Program-made: the position numbers and the translations under genes
Part shown: piece by piece, positions 29,994-40,148 of the stretch
Position numbering within the stretch: the first letter of the stretch is position 1
Layout: each line of letters starts with the position of its first letter
Source of the DNA: an uncultured Candidatus Rokubacteria bacterium
GTDB taxonomy: Bacteria; Methylomirabilota; Methylomirabilia; Rokubacteriales; CSP1-6
DNA length: 64,000 nucleotides
NCBI GenBank assembly: GCA_963754315.1
Contig: CAVWFS010000001.1
Span: forward strand, 96,001 to 160,000
Direction of reading: 5' to 3'
Notes under the pieces: generated by a model
The model's database searches: none
What the model was told of the DNA's origin: nothing
Seen by the model: the letters and a program-made list of their open reading frames with translations, nothing else

Positions 29994-31172
29994 GCGTTGG
30001 CGGTAGCCGTCACCGCTGGCCGTAGCACCAGCGAGAGGGGGATGGTCACGAGGACGACCGCCCCCACGATGGCAAGTGTCATCGGCACCCCCAAGTTATC
30101 GCTCACCACGCCGTACAGCGAAGGCGCCAGCGCCGAGCAGCCAATGCTGAGCGTGTAATACAACCCGTACGCACGCGCCCGACGCTCGGGAGCGACGAGG
30201 TCGGCCACCGTCCCGTACAGGACAGACGACGTGCCGTTCAGGGCGAGGCCCAGCACCGGCAGCACGGTCAGGGCGATTCCCAGGGGGGCCAGCACCACCG
30301 TAAAGATCCCGATCGCGGTCGCGGCTTCAGTGAGCACCACCGCGCGGATCACGCCGATCCGCTCCGCTAGCAAGCCACAGGCGAACTTCCCCGCCGCGCC
30401 TCCCGCGAAGAGGAGGGCGAAGGCCCCGCCGACGCCGGCCACGGTCAAGCCCTTGGCGATCAGCAGGAACGGGAGAAATGTGAGGAAAGGGGAGCGCGTC
30501 GCATTGTCGATCATGCCGATGGCGGACAGGGCCTGAAAGCCGCGGGCATCACGGATCCCCCAGCTTCCGCTGCCGCCGGTGCCCTCCACCGGTACTGCCT
30601 CGACATGGCCGGCCGATAGTCGGCGCAGCAATACGGCGATGACGACGGCGGCGGCAAGACCGAAAATGCCGAACACACCGGCGGACACGCGCCAACCGAT
30701 CAGGGTGGTACCGAACGCCACCATGGCCGGCAGCGCGACCTTCCCGAGGTCACCGGAGAAGTTGTACGTTCCAAGCGCGGCGCGCCGGGCGCCAGTCTCG
30801 AACGCCCTGGACACGATTGTCGAACGACAGCGGGTGCTGGACCCCGGACGCGAGCCCGGCGACGAGCAGCAAGAGGCCGAGGGTCATGAATCCTCCCGCC
30901 CCGCCCGCCATCACGAAGACGGCTGCCGTGACCGCAGTGCCGACCGTCAGCACCCGCGGTTCGCCAAGGCGCTCGGCCAGGAGGCCGGCCGGGATCTGGA
31001 AGATGGCCATGCCGCCGCTATAGAGCGTCCGGAGGAATCCGACCTCGGCGAACGAAAGCGCGAACTCGGCCGTCCAGATCGGCAGCAGGATGTAGACGAT
31101 ATCGGAGAAGCCATCGTGCAGAAAATGAGCTCCGCACGCCACCGCGAGGACGGCCTGACTCGCACGCTTCAT
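29990..31172 (-). CDS. MFS transporter (Fsr-like), frameshift near 30822
   Basis: AHFLHDG N-terminus and GLLAERLG in ORF 30750-31172, continuing in ORF 29990-30814. Confidence 0.85.
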
Positions 31173-31222
31173 CGCCCGATCATGGCTCGCTGGTCCCGCC
31201 CGTTCAAGTAGAATGCGGGAGC

Positions 31223-31867
31223 GTGGAGGTGGAGATGATCAGCATTACGCGGGTCTATACACGCACGGGCGATCAGGGGGAGACGGCGCTCGTCGGAGGC
31301 AAGCGGGTCCCCAAGGATTCTCCCCGTATCGTGGCCTACGGCACCATCGACGAGCTGAACGCAGCGGTCGGGCTCGCGCGGACGTTCAACGAAGGCCGGC
31401 GCGCCGAGGCCGAGCACGCGCGCTGGCTCGACGAGACCCTGCGTCGCATCCAGAACGAGCTGTTCGATCTCGGCAGCGAGCTGGCCACCCCTCCTGACGG
31501 GGAATACGAGGGCATGTTCCGCGTGAGCGAGGCCGAAGTGACCGCGCTCGAGCAGCTCATGGACGAGTGCCAGCAAGATCTCGAGCCATTGAAGTCGTTC
31601 GTGCTTCCGGGAGGGGGCCGCGTCAACGCCTTCCTTCATCTGGCCCGGACCGTCTGTCGCCGCGCCGAGCGTGAGATCTTGGCTCTCTCGCGCGTCGAGC
31701 CGATCGGCCCATGGCCCCTCCGCTACGTCAACCGCTTGAGCGACGTGTTCTTCGTCCTCAGCCGGTGGGCCGCCAAACGCCTGGACGAGAAGGAGTACCT
31801 GTGGGAGCGCGGGCTGCGGAGCCACGAGCGCCGGCGGCCCCCCGGGAAAACCGACCCGGCCGCTTGA
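31223..31867 (+). CDS. pduO: PduO-type cob(I)alamin adenosyltransferase
   Basis: VYTRTGDQGET, YGTIDELN, RTVCRRAER and NRLSD motifs. Confidence 0.93.
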   Translation: MEVEMISITRVYTRTGDQGETALVGGKRVPKDSPRIVAYGTIDELNAAVGLARTFNEGRRAEAEHARWLDETLRRIQNELFDLGSELATPPDGEYEGMFRVSEAEVTALEQLMDECQQDLEPLKSFVLPGGGRVNAFLHLARTVCRRAEREILALSRVEPIGPWPLRYVNRLSDVFFVLSRWAAKRLDEKEYLWERGLRSHERRRPPGKTDPAA

Positions 31868-32298
31868 GCCGTTCAGGACCTTTCGGGAGGACGAGGCGCC
31901 GTCGCCACGAACACGACGACGGTCAGCACGGCCATCCCCAGCACGAGCCCCAGGAAAGCGCAAAGCTTTGCTGATGCGTGCGCGCGGTGCCGAGCACCGC
32001 CAGCAGCGCGCGATCGGCCACCGTGGCCCGGCGCCGCAGCCAGCCCTGAGGGGGTCGGCGGCCAGGCAGAAGACTCCGAGGCCCGGCCACCGCCACCGCC
32101 ATAGCTACCGTCAGCACGCTCCTGCGTGCTTTCCGTTTCGATCGATCCGTGAGGCCAACGTGGGACGAGGGACAGGCGACGACGGCGGTCACGCGAACGT
32201 CGTGGTGCCTTCGTTCTCGTGTAACGGCCGCCGTGTAGGGTCAGGACCGCGAGCGACTCCCGTCCTCGCGTGCTGCTCACTCGACACGGAGGTGGACA

Positions 32299-33104
32299 AT
32301 GGATCGACGCACATTTCTTCGTGGCTCGGCTATCGTGGGTGGTGTCGCCGGCCTGATGGGGCCACTCAAGGCACTGGGGGTACGGACGGCGGGCGGCGCG
32401 CCGCGTGCGCTCGCCGCCGGCTACGGTAACCTCGTGGACAAGGGCGACCTCTTCCTTCCGCCCGACTTCAACTACGTCATCATCTCGCAGCAGGGCGACA
32501 TCATGTCGGACGGCAACCCCACACCGGGGATCTTCGACGGCATGGGCGCGTTCCCGGGTTCGGGGTGCACGGTCCTGATCCGAAACCATGAGAACCGCCG
32601 GCGGGCGGGAGAGATCCCGGTCGTCGTCCCCGGCGGGCTTCGGTATGACGACGACGCGACGTACGTGGCCGGCAACACGAAGCTCCGTATCCGCGATAAC
32701 GCCAAGAGCGGCGTCTACACGGTGCTGGAGAGCTTCGCCATCCTCGGCGGCACGGACACGAACTGCGCGGGCGGCGAAACCCCCTGGCTGACGTGGATCA
32801 CCTGCGAGGAGGTCGTCAACCGAGGGAGCACCGGCAAGAAGCACGGGTATGCATACGAGATCGACTCGCGAGCGCTGGGACCTGTGGCCGCGCTCCCGAT
32901 CCTCAGCGCCGGCCGTTTCGCCCACGAAGCGGTGCGGGTGAGATCTACGACTTCGCGAAGAACATCACGAACGACTCGGAATTCTGCGGAGGCTGCTTCG
33001 ACCCCGACGGAGAAACGCTCTACGTCAGCCAGCAGGGAGGACGACCCTCACCGCCGGCAGTGACCTACGCGATCTTTGGCCCCTTTCACAAGCTTATCCC
33101 TTGA
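32299..33104 (+). pseudogene. PhoX/DUF839 Tat-exported phosphatase with an internal deletion
   Basis: DRRTFL Tat signal, DGMGAF, RNHE, NCAGG.TPW.TWITCEE and GRFAHEAV. The sequence then jumps at ~32934, out of frame, to the C-terminal SEFCGGCFDPDGETLYV...TYAIFGPF. Confidence 0.8.
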
Positions 33105-33139
33105 ACTACAGCCGCCGAGGCCGGAGAGGTCGCGGAAGC

Positions 33140-33965
33140 TTACGCGCGCCGGCGAGCCTCCACGCGCCGCAGGAAGTCGAGCACAGAACGATTCCACGCC
33201 TCAGGTTGGTCGCGATTCGCGAAGTGGCTGGCCGATGACAGAACGATCAGCCGCGAGCCCTTGATCTTTCGGTGCATGATCTTCATGGGGCCGAGTGAGG
33301 GATCACGGTCGCCTCCCACCAGGAGAACGGGGACGCGAATCCTCGGCAGCTCGTGGGTTATGTGGTCCATCGCCAGCAGCGCGCGCAGCGAGTTGGCATA
33401 GCCGATGGGAGTCAGCCGCCGGTAGTACGCGTAGAACTCTTCTCGGGTGCCTGGATCCAACTCCAACCGGGCGGCCACGTTGGGATTGGCCGTCATGGCG
33501 AACTCGGCCATGGCATCCATGCCTTTCGTCAGGGTGACCTCGATGCTGCGCGCTCGCATGAGGAGTGCGTCCACGGGTAGGGGTAACCCCGCGGCCGAGG
33601 AGGAGTTGGTGACGATCAGCGAGCGGACTCGACCCGGGAAGGCGAGGGTGAAGCGGGTGGCGATGCCGCCGCCCAGCGAGAGACCTCCGACGTGCGCCTT
33701 GCGCAGGCGCCAGATGATCCAGCAGCGCCTTCAAGTCGAGGACCCAGCGGGCGAAGGAGTACTTGGCCGGATCCTCCGGGCTGTCGGAGCGAGCGTGACC
33801 GCGCGGCTCCCAGAGGATCAGCCGGTGGCGCGATGCCAACGCCGCAACATTCACATCCCATAGATCTGCGTTGCCACCGATACCGTAGGCGAGCACGAGG
33901 GGAAAGCCCTTGCCGTGCTCTTCGTAATAGATCCGTACCCGGTCGTCAGTCCTGAAGAACGCCAT
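33140..33965 (-). CDS. Alpha/beta hydrolase, frameshift near 33710
   Basis: IYYEEHGKG and PRGHARS in one frame; GLSLGG nucleophile elbow, GDRD and SHFAN in the next. Confidence 0.85.
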
Positions 33966-34007
33966 ACTCGAGCCTCCCGTCGGGGGGTGGCGCCATTGTG
34001 CCATCGG

Positions 34008-34037
34008 TTGACAGCTCCCCTCGGACCTCCGTAGGGT
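34008..34037 (+). promoter_or_regulatory. Sigma-70-type promoter, possibly producing a leaderless mRNA from GTG 34045
   Basis: TTGACA-18 nt-TAGGGT, with an in-frame GTG 7 nt downstream and no RBS. Confidence 0.5.
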
Positions 34038-36480
34038 GGGCGACGTGACCACGCGAGCCTGGATTGGACGGTCGATGAAGCGGGTGGAGGATCCACATCT
34101 GCTGACGGGCCGCGGCAACTATCTCGATGACCACGCATTCCCGGGCGCCCAGCACGCCGCCATCGTTCGCTCCCCCCACGCCCACGCCCGGATCCTCAGT
34201 TACGACGTCACGGAGGCCCTGGCCATGTCAGGTGTGGTGGGAGTCGTGACCGGGGAGGACGTGGCGGCCCGCACAAAGCCTTTCGGGGTGGGGGTGACCA
34301 CGCCTGTTCGCTACTTCTGCGCAGCGACCGACAAGGTGCGCTTCGTGGGCGAGCCGGTCGCGGTGGTCGTGGCACGCGATCGCTACACCGCCGAGGACGC
34401 CGCCGAGCGGGTGAAGGTCCGATACGAGATGCTGCCCGCTGTCGTCGATCCGGAGCGGGCGCTCGACCAGGATGCCCCGGTACTCCACGAGGCGGTGGGC
34501 ACGAACCTGGCGGCACACCGCCGACTCGTCTATGGCGATCCCGACCAGGCCTTCCGTGAGGCGGAGGTTGTGATCCGCGAGCGCTTCAGGTTTCCCAAGT
34601 ATGGTTCCACTCCGATCGAAACATACGCGATCGTGGCGCGCTGGAACCCTTTCGATGGCGTCCTCACCGTCTGGTCGAACTTCATGGGCCCGTTCATCAT
34701 GCACGCCCTCGTGGCCCGAGTTCTACAACTCGCCGAGAACCGGTTGCGCTTCATCGTGCCGCCCGACATCGGGGGAAGCTACGGAATCAAGACGAGCATC
34801 TATCCCTACCTTGCCCTTATCGGCCTCACGGCCATGAAGACCGGGGCGACCGTGAAATGGATCGAGGATCGTCGCGAGCATTTGCTGGCCTCCTCGAGCG
34901 GGACGGACCGCGTGGCCTACCGCGAGGTGGCCGCGCGACGGGACGGAACCGTACTGGCCATGCGTTACCGCTGGTACGACAACGTCGGGGGCTACGTGCG
35001 CAGCCCGGAGCCGGGGTGCTCCTTCCGACCCCTCGGAAACTACGTGGGGCCATACCGGTTCCAGCATCTGGAGGTCGATGCTTCGGTCGTGATGACCAAC
35101 AAGAGCCTCACGGGTCCGAACCGCGGTTACGCCTGCGGGCACCTCTACTTCGAAACCGAGCGCATGATGGATCTGCTCGCCGAGCAGCTTGGCCTCGACC
35201 CAGTGGAGGTCCGGCGAAGGAATCTCATTCCCTCCGGGAGGTTTCCCTACCGCACCCCGACCGGCGGGCTCTACGACAGCGGCGATTTCGAGGCCACCCT
35301 GGACCGCGCGCTCGAGGTCGCCCACTACGACGAGTTGAAGGCCATGCGCGCGCGGGCTCGGGCGGAGGGCCGCTATGTCGGGATCGGCGTCGCGCTGGCT
35401 GTGGATCCCTCCGTCTCCAACATGGGCTATGTGGCCACCGCGTTGGACCCCCAGTTTCGCGCCAAGCCGGAGTACCTGCCGAAGTCGGGCGCCGTGGAAG
35501 CCTGTGCCGTCAAGATCGACCCGCTGGGGCGACTCATCGCAGTGCTGGGCACGACCCCCCAGGGCCAGGGGCACCAGACGGTCGTCGTGCAGATCCTGGC
35601 TGACGAATTGGGGATCGAGCCCGCGGATATCACGGTCGTCGACGAGATGGACACCTTCACGCGCGTCTGGAGCATCTCGTCGGGAACATACTCCAGCCGT
35701 TTTGGCTCGGTAGGCACCAGCGCGGTAGCCCTCGCCGCGCGCAAGCTCAGGGCCAAGCTGGTTACCTACGCTGCTCACCTCATGGATGTTCCCGCCGAGC
35801 AGCTCGAGATGCGGGACGGAGCCGTTCGCCTCAAGACGGGCAAGGGCCCCTTCTACACCATCAAGGATCTGGCTGGCCGTGCCCATTGGAACACGGAGTC
35901 TCTCCCCGACGGCATGGAGCCGGGCCTGGCCGCTACCGCCCTCTTTGGCTTCACGGGAGCCAGGGCCGTCGACGATGCCGATCGGGTGAACTCGTCCAAC
36001 ACCTACGGCTTCATCGCCGAAGTCATGGCGGTGGAAGTGGATCCAGAGACGGCCGAGGTCACGATCCTCAGATACGTGACCGTTCACGATGCAGGGACGA
36101 TCATCAATCCGATGATCGCTGAGGGGCAGATCTATGGGGGGGCCCTGCACGGTCTGGGCGGGGCACTCTATGAAGAGCTGGCCTACGACGAGAACGGTCA
36201 GTGTCTTACGGCCAGCTTCATGGACTACGTCGTTCCCTCCGCCGGAGAGGCGCCGAAGATTGAGATCGCGCACGTGGTTTCGCCCTCTCCCCTGACCCCC
36301 CTCGGATCGAAAGGACTGGGCGAGTCCAGCTCCATGACCGTGCCCGCCGTCATCGCCAACGCCGTGAGTGACGCGCTGAAGCCACTCGGGGTCAGCATCA
36401 CCGAGCTTCCCATGACGCCAGCTCGGCTATGGGCACAGATCCGTGCGGCACGCCCCCTCATCCAGCCGACCCCGCCCTGA
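34036..36480 (+). CDS. XDH-family molybdopterin-binding large subunit, resembling 2-furoyl-CoA dehydrogenase HmfA
   Basis: KRVEDPHLLTGRG, DIGGSYGIK, PNRGY, QGQGHQT and KGLGE motifs. VDPSVSNMGY and SGTYSSRF resemble HmfA as recalled. Confidence 0.88.
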   Translation: MGDVTTRAWIGRSMKRVEDPHLLTGRGNYLDDHAFPGAQHAAIVRSPHAHARILSYDVTEALAMSGVVGVVTGEDVAARTKPFGVGVTTPVRYFCAATDKVRFVGEPVAVVVARDRYTAEDAAERVKVRYEMLPAVVDPERALDQDAPVLHEAVGTNLAAHRRLVYGDPDQAFREAEVVIRERFRFPKYGSTPIETYAIVARWNPFDGVLTVWSNFMGPFIMHALVARVLQLAENRLRFIVPPDIGGSYGIKTSIYPYLALIGLTAMKTGATVKWIEDRREHLLASSSGTDRVAYREVAARRDGTVLAMRYRWYDNVGGYVRSPEPGCSFRPLGNYVGPYRFQHLEVDASVVMTNKSLTGPNRGYACGHLYFETERMMDLLAEQLGLDPVEVRRRNLIPSGRFPYRTPTGGLYDSGDFEATLDRALEVAHYDELKAMRARARAEGRYVGIGVALAVDPSVSNMGYVATALDPQFRAKPEYLPKSGAVEACAVKIDPLGRLIAVLGTTPQGQGHQTVVVQILADELGIEPADITVVDEMDTFTRVWSISSGTYSSRFGSVGTSAVALAARKLRAKLVTYAAHLMDVPAEQLEMRDGAVRLKTGKGPFYTIKDLAGRAHWNTESLPDGMEPGLAATALFGFTGARAVDDADRVNSSNTYGFIAEVMAVEVDPETAEVTILRYVTVHDAGTIINPMIAEGQIYGGALHGLGGALYEELAYDENGQCLTASFMDYVVPSAGEAPKIEIAHVVSPSPLTPLGSKGLGESSSMTVPAVIANAVSDALKPLGVSITELPMTPARLWAQIRAARPLIQPTPP

Positions 36481-36583
36481 TTCCGACGCGGCTCGCACGG
36501 GACCCCTGGAAGGACGGGACCCCGCTGGTAGTATGCGATGAGAGCGGGACGTGGCACGCGGTCGAAAGGGAGAGGTCACGGTG

Positions 36584-37045
36584 ATGGGAGCGACGAGGCG
36601 ACGAGTGCTGGTGGGGGGACTGTTCTTGGTCACGGCCGCGGTCGGCTGGCGTTCCGGCGCGGCTTTCTCGAAGCCCACTATCACCGTCCACAAGTCCCCG
36701 ACCTGAGACTGTTGCACCGCGTGGGTCGGGCACCTACGCAAGCACGGTTACCCCGTGACGTCGGAAGACGTGACAGATCTGGGGACCATCAAGCAGAAGC
36801 TTGGCGTGCCGTCCGCTCTGCAGTCCTGCCACACCGCGCAAGTCGACGGCTATGTGATTGAAGGACACGTTCCGGCAGACATCATTGACCGGCTGCTGCG
36901 TGAGCGACCGGCCGTGGCGGGGCTCGCGGTTCCCGGCATGCCGGTGGGCTCCCCGGGGATGGAGTCACCGGGACGCGCGGGGGAGCGCTACCAGATCCGG
37001 ACGTTCGACAAGTCGGGACGCACTACCGTGTACGACACGCGCTGA
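36584..37045 (+). CDS. CopG/DUF411 periplasmic metal-binding protein, predicted selenoprotein (Sec at TGA 36704-36706)
   Basis: One frame from ATG 36584 gives a TRRRVL signal, HKSPT-TGA-DCCTAW (family KSPTCGCCxxW), SCHT, YVIEGHVPA and LAVPGMPVGSPGME. Confidence 0.85.
36719..36739 (+). promoter_or_regulatory. Putative bacterial SECIS hairpin of the DUF411 gene
   Basis: GCGTGGGT-CGGGC-ACCTACGC: 8-bp stem with one GU pair and a G-rich loop, starting 12 nt after the UGA. Confidence 0.65.
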
Positions 37046-37080
37046 GCTTCGGCTAAGGCGTCCTCCGACGGCGGGCTCTC

Positions 37081-37974
37081 TCAGCGCTGGGACGACGTAG
37101 CCTCGGCCCCCGTGAAGCCTGACAGGCGGGCTAGTTCCTCAAGCGTCAGCACACCTTCGCGGCGCTGGGTACCTATGACCCAGGTGGGATAGGAGCGAAC
37201 GGCGAGGCTGGCGCAGAGGGCCGGGCGCGCCCCGATCGCCTTGGGGTCACACTCCACATACGGTATCTGGTCGGCGGCAGGCCCGAACCGGGCCTTTTGC
37301 TCCTTGCAGGCTGGTCACCAGTGGGCTCCGTACATCACTGCGTTGATTTGCGTCAAATGTCGGGCGAGGGCCACCTGATAGCCTGTCATTCCGCCTGGAT
37401 AGGAGGCAAAGATCCCGGCTGCCACGACGAGAGTCACCACGGCCGCGGCGCCGCCCAGGATTGCCACGCGCGACCAGCGAAGCGACGCCCGCCGCCCAGC
37501 GGCAGGCGGACGACGCCAGAGAATCACGCCAAGGAGCAGCAGGGCCACCAGCGCTGAGGCAAGGCAGTAGACGCAGGCGGCTCTGATGACGACGAGCGAG
37601 ACAAAAGTCAGATACAGCGAGAAGGTCGCCCCGGCCACCCCGAGCACGAAGGCCCACCGCCAGCGGCGGGGCGAGAACCCGAGAGCGCCGAGCCCACCCA
37701 CGGCCACGTAGAAGGCCGTGCCCCATAGGGCCGTAGGAATGCCGAGAATGGTGGCGTACCGGCTTGCCTGGACGATGTCGCATCCACCGCCCGCCTGACA
37801 CATCAGGGCGGAGCCGCCGGCCAGCTTGACGACGCCGAGGTAGGCGCTGACCGCCACGCCGATCGCCGCTAGGGCGACCGCAAGCCACTCGACCCTCACC
37901 CCGGCAAGGGAGGGGACAGTGGCTCGTGACGGCGCTGTCTTGCTCGATGGCGGTTTAGCCATTATTCGCTTCAC
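37081..37974 (-). CDS. VKOR-thioredoxin fusion (SynDsbAB/LTO1-like), predicted selenoprotein (Sec at TGA 37317-37315)
   Basis: VKOR domain with loop CQAGGGC and CVYC. Then MYGAHW-TGA-PACKEQK..IPYVEC..C...VRSYPTW..LEELARLSGF in frame to TGA 37083-37081. Confidence 0.88.
37279..37295 (-). promoter_or_regulatory. Putative bacterial SECIS hairpin of the VKOR-Trx gene
   Basis: mRNA-sense AGGCCCG-GTT-CGGGCCT, a perfect 7-bp stem with G in the loop, starting 19 nt after the UGA. Confidence 0.65.
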
Positions 37975-38101
37975 GAAGAGTACCTAGGTTGCCACCTGGC
38001 TTCAATCCGGGCGCCCGGGGCCGGGTCAGGGTATGATGGGGGAAGCAGAATCCGCCCCGCCGACGACACACTATGCGCTATGATCCCCCCGGCTGTTCCT
38101 A

Positions 38102-39736
38102 ATGTCGTCACGCATCGAACCGGCGGCCAGCCGCGCGGAGGGTACCCTGAAGATCTACCTAATTGCGCCCCGGAACCCGGAATCGTTCTGGACGTTCGAT
38201 CGCGTGCTGCCGAGTCTCAACAAGCAGTGCATCTATCCGAACCTGTCGTTGCCGACGGTGGCAGGGCTGACTCCGCGCGAGCACGAGATGGTGCTCTGCG
38301 ACGAGAACGTGGAGCCGGTCGATTTCGACACCGACGCCGACATCGTCGGCGTGACCGGCTATGTGATCCACAAGAAACGGATGTTCGAGATCATCGACGA
38401 GTTCCGACGTCGCGGCAAATTCGTGGTGGTGGGGGGGCCATTTGCCTCCCTGTGCCCGGAAGAGCTGCGGGGCAAGGTCGACGTCCTCTTCATCGACGAG
38501 GCCGAGTACACCTGGCCTCAGTTCCTGCGCGACTACCAGGCGGGCACCTGGCAGGCGGAGTACCGTCAGGACGAGAAGCCGAGCATGCTCGACTCGCCGT
38601 TGCCCCGCTTCGATCTGCTGAAGATCGACCGCTACCGCACCATGACCATCCAGTTCGCGCGGGGGTGTCCCTTCAACTGCGAATTCTGCGACATCATCGT
38701 GATGTACGGTCGGCGCCCGCGCACGAAGTCGGTGCCCCAGGTCATGGCCGAGGTCGACGAGATCTACCGCCTGGGCCTCAAGCAGATCTTCGTGGTCGAC
38801 GACAACTTCATCGGAAACAAGCGCGAGGCCAAGGAGCTGCTCAAAGCCATCACCGAATGGCAGCGCGCCAAGGGTTATCCGGTGGAGTTCATGACCGAGG
38901 TCAGCCTGAACGTCGCCCAGGACGACGAGTTGCTCCACCTCATGAAACAGGCGCACTTCGGCACCATCTTCGTGGGCATCGAGTCTCCCCGTAAGGCAAG
39001 CCTGGAGGAAACGAAGAAGCACCAGAACGTGCGGGAGGACATTCTGACCTCCGTGCATCGCATCCAGAAGGCCGGGATCCAGGTGATGGCCGGGATGATC
39101 GTGGGCTTCGACAACGATGATCCCTCGATCTTCGAGGAGCAGTTCCAATTTATCCAGGCCGCCCGGATACCCATCTCGATGACGGGCATGCTCAACGCGA
39201 TGCCCAAGACCCCGCTCTACACGCGCCTGCAGGCGGCGGGACGGCTCATCGCGGAGTCGGTGGGGGACCAGTTCATCTTCACCAACATCGTGCCCAAGAG
39301 CATGTCGCGCCTCGAGCTCTACGAGGGCTACCGGACTCTGCTCAACCGTCTGTACAGCTACTCCAACTACCGAAAGCGGGTGATGGGACTCCTCCTGAAC
39401 AAGGGGGGTCTCCTCCGGTCCACGGTGCTGGCCGGGCGCGAGGAGTTCACGATCTTCCTGCGCATCCTGTGGACCTGCATGCTCCGTGCTTCCCCCCAGC
39501 GCGCCTGGCTCACCCTGTCGCTCATCGTGGAGACGGCGCTGCGACGGCCAAACGCGCTACGCGATGCCGTGACCTTTGCCCTCATGCACAAGCACCTCTA
39601 CGAGTACATGCGCGACACCTCGGTCCAGCTGGAGGTCCTCATCCGCGAACTGAAGGAGTTCCCTGCTTCCACCACTCTGATGCCGGCCCCGCAGGAGGGT
39701 ACCGTCTTCGTTGGGCTCCCGCGCCCGCAGCGCTGA
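38102..39736 (+). CDS. B12-binding-domain radical SAM protein (class B methylase-like, DUF4070-type C-terminus)
   Basis: DENVE and VGGPFAS in the B12 domain; RGCPFNCEFC, VDDNF and FVGIES motifs. Confidence 0.92.
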   Translation: MSSRIEPAASRAEGTLKIYLIAPRNPESFWTFDRVLPSLNKQCIYPNLSLPTVAGLTPREHEMVLCDENVEPVDFDTDADIVGVTGYVIHKKRMFEIIDEFRRRGKFVVVGGPFASLCPEELRGKVDVLFIDEAEYTWPQFLRDYQAGTWQAEYRQDEKPSMLDSPLPRFDLLKIDRYRTMTIQFARGCPFNCEFCDIIVMYGRRPRTKSVPQVMAEVDEIYRLGLKQIFVVDDNFIGNKREAKELLKAITEWQRAKGYPVEFMTEVSLNVAQDDELLHLMKQAHFGTIFVGIESPRKASLEETKKHQNVREDILTSVHRIQKAGIQVMAGMIVGFDNDDPSIFEEQFQFIQAARIPISMTGMLNAMPKTPLYTRLQAAGRLIAESVGDQFIFTNIVPKSMSRLELYEGYRTLLNRLYSYSNYRKRVMGLLLNKGGLLRSTVLAGREEFTIFLRILWTCMLRASPQRAWLTLSLIVETALRRPNALRDAVTFALMHKHLYEYMRDTSVQLEVLIRELKEFPASTTLMPAPQEGTVFVGLPRPQR

Positions 39737-39770
39737 GTGGCATGGACTGGCCGCCCGCGAGTCGCTAGGC

Positions 39771-40148
39771 ATGAGCGAGACGGGCTCGGCGCTCGGTGAG
39801 GAGTTTCGCCGTCTGCTACACGACGCACAGACCCAGCTGACACGGACGGTCGCCGTTACCGGCGAGGAACTCGCCTCGCTGGAAGACGAGCCCGGAGATC
39901 CGTTGGGGGGTGTGCCCGTGCAGGATGTCGCCAACACCCTCTCCCGGCTCGAGGGCCGGGAGCGTCACCAACTCGACGAGATCGGCGCGGCGCTCGGGCG
40001 CCTGGAAACGGGCACGTTCGGCGTCTGCGAGAAATGCTCGTGCGCAATCCCGCTCGCCCGCCTGCGCGCAAAGCCGACCGCGCGCTTCTGTGTACCGTGT
40101 CAGGTGAGCGAAGAGGCAGGAGGTCCCCCATGGCGAAGCGCCCCGTGA
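39771..40148 (+). CDS. TraR/DksA C4-type zinc finger protein
   Basis: ALGRLETGTFGVCEKC..I...RL...P.ARFCVPC motif. Confidence 0.88.
   Translation: MSETGSALGEEFRRLLHDAQTQLTRTVAVTGEELASLEDEPGDPLGGVPVQDVANTLSRLEGRERHQLDEIGAALGRLETGTFGVCEKCSCAIPLARLRAKPTARFCVPCQVSEEAGGPPWRSAP

Noticed and set aside
31873..32192. Small membrane protein on the minus strand
   Set aside because: Hydrophobic patches are split across frames and match no family I recognise; cannot be supported.
38102..39736. Hopanoid C-2 methylase HpnP
   Set aside because: The architecture is compatible, but there is no hopanoid gene context and motifs alone cannot give specificity.
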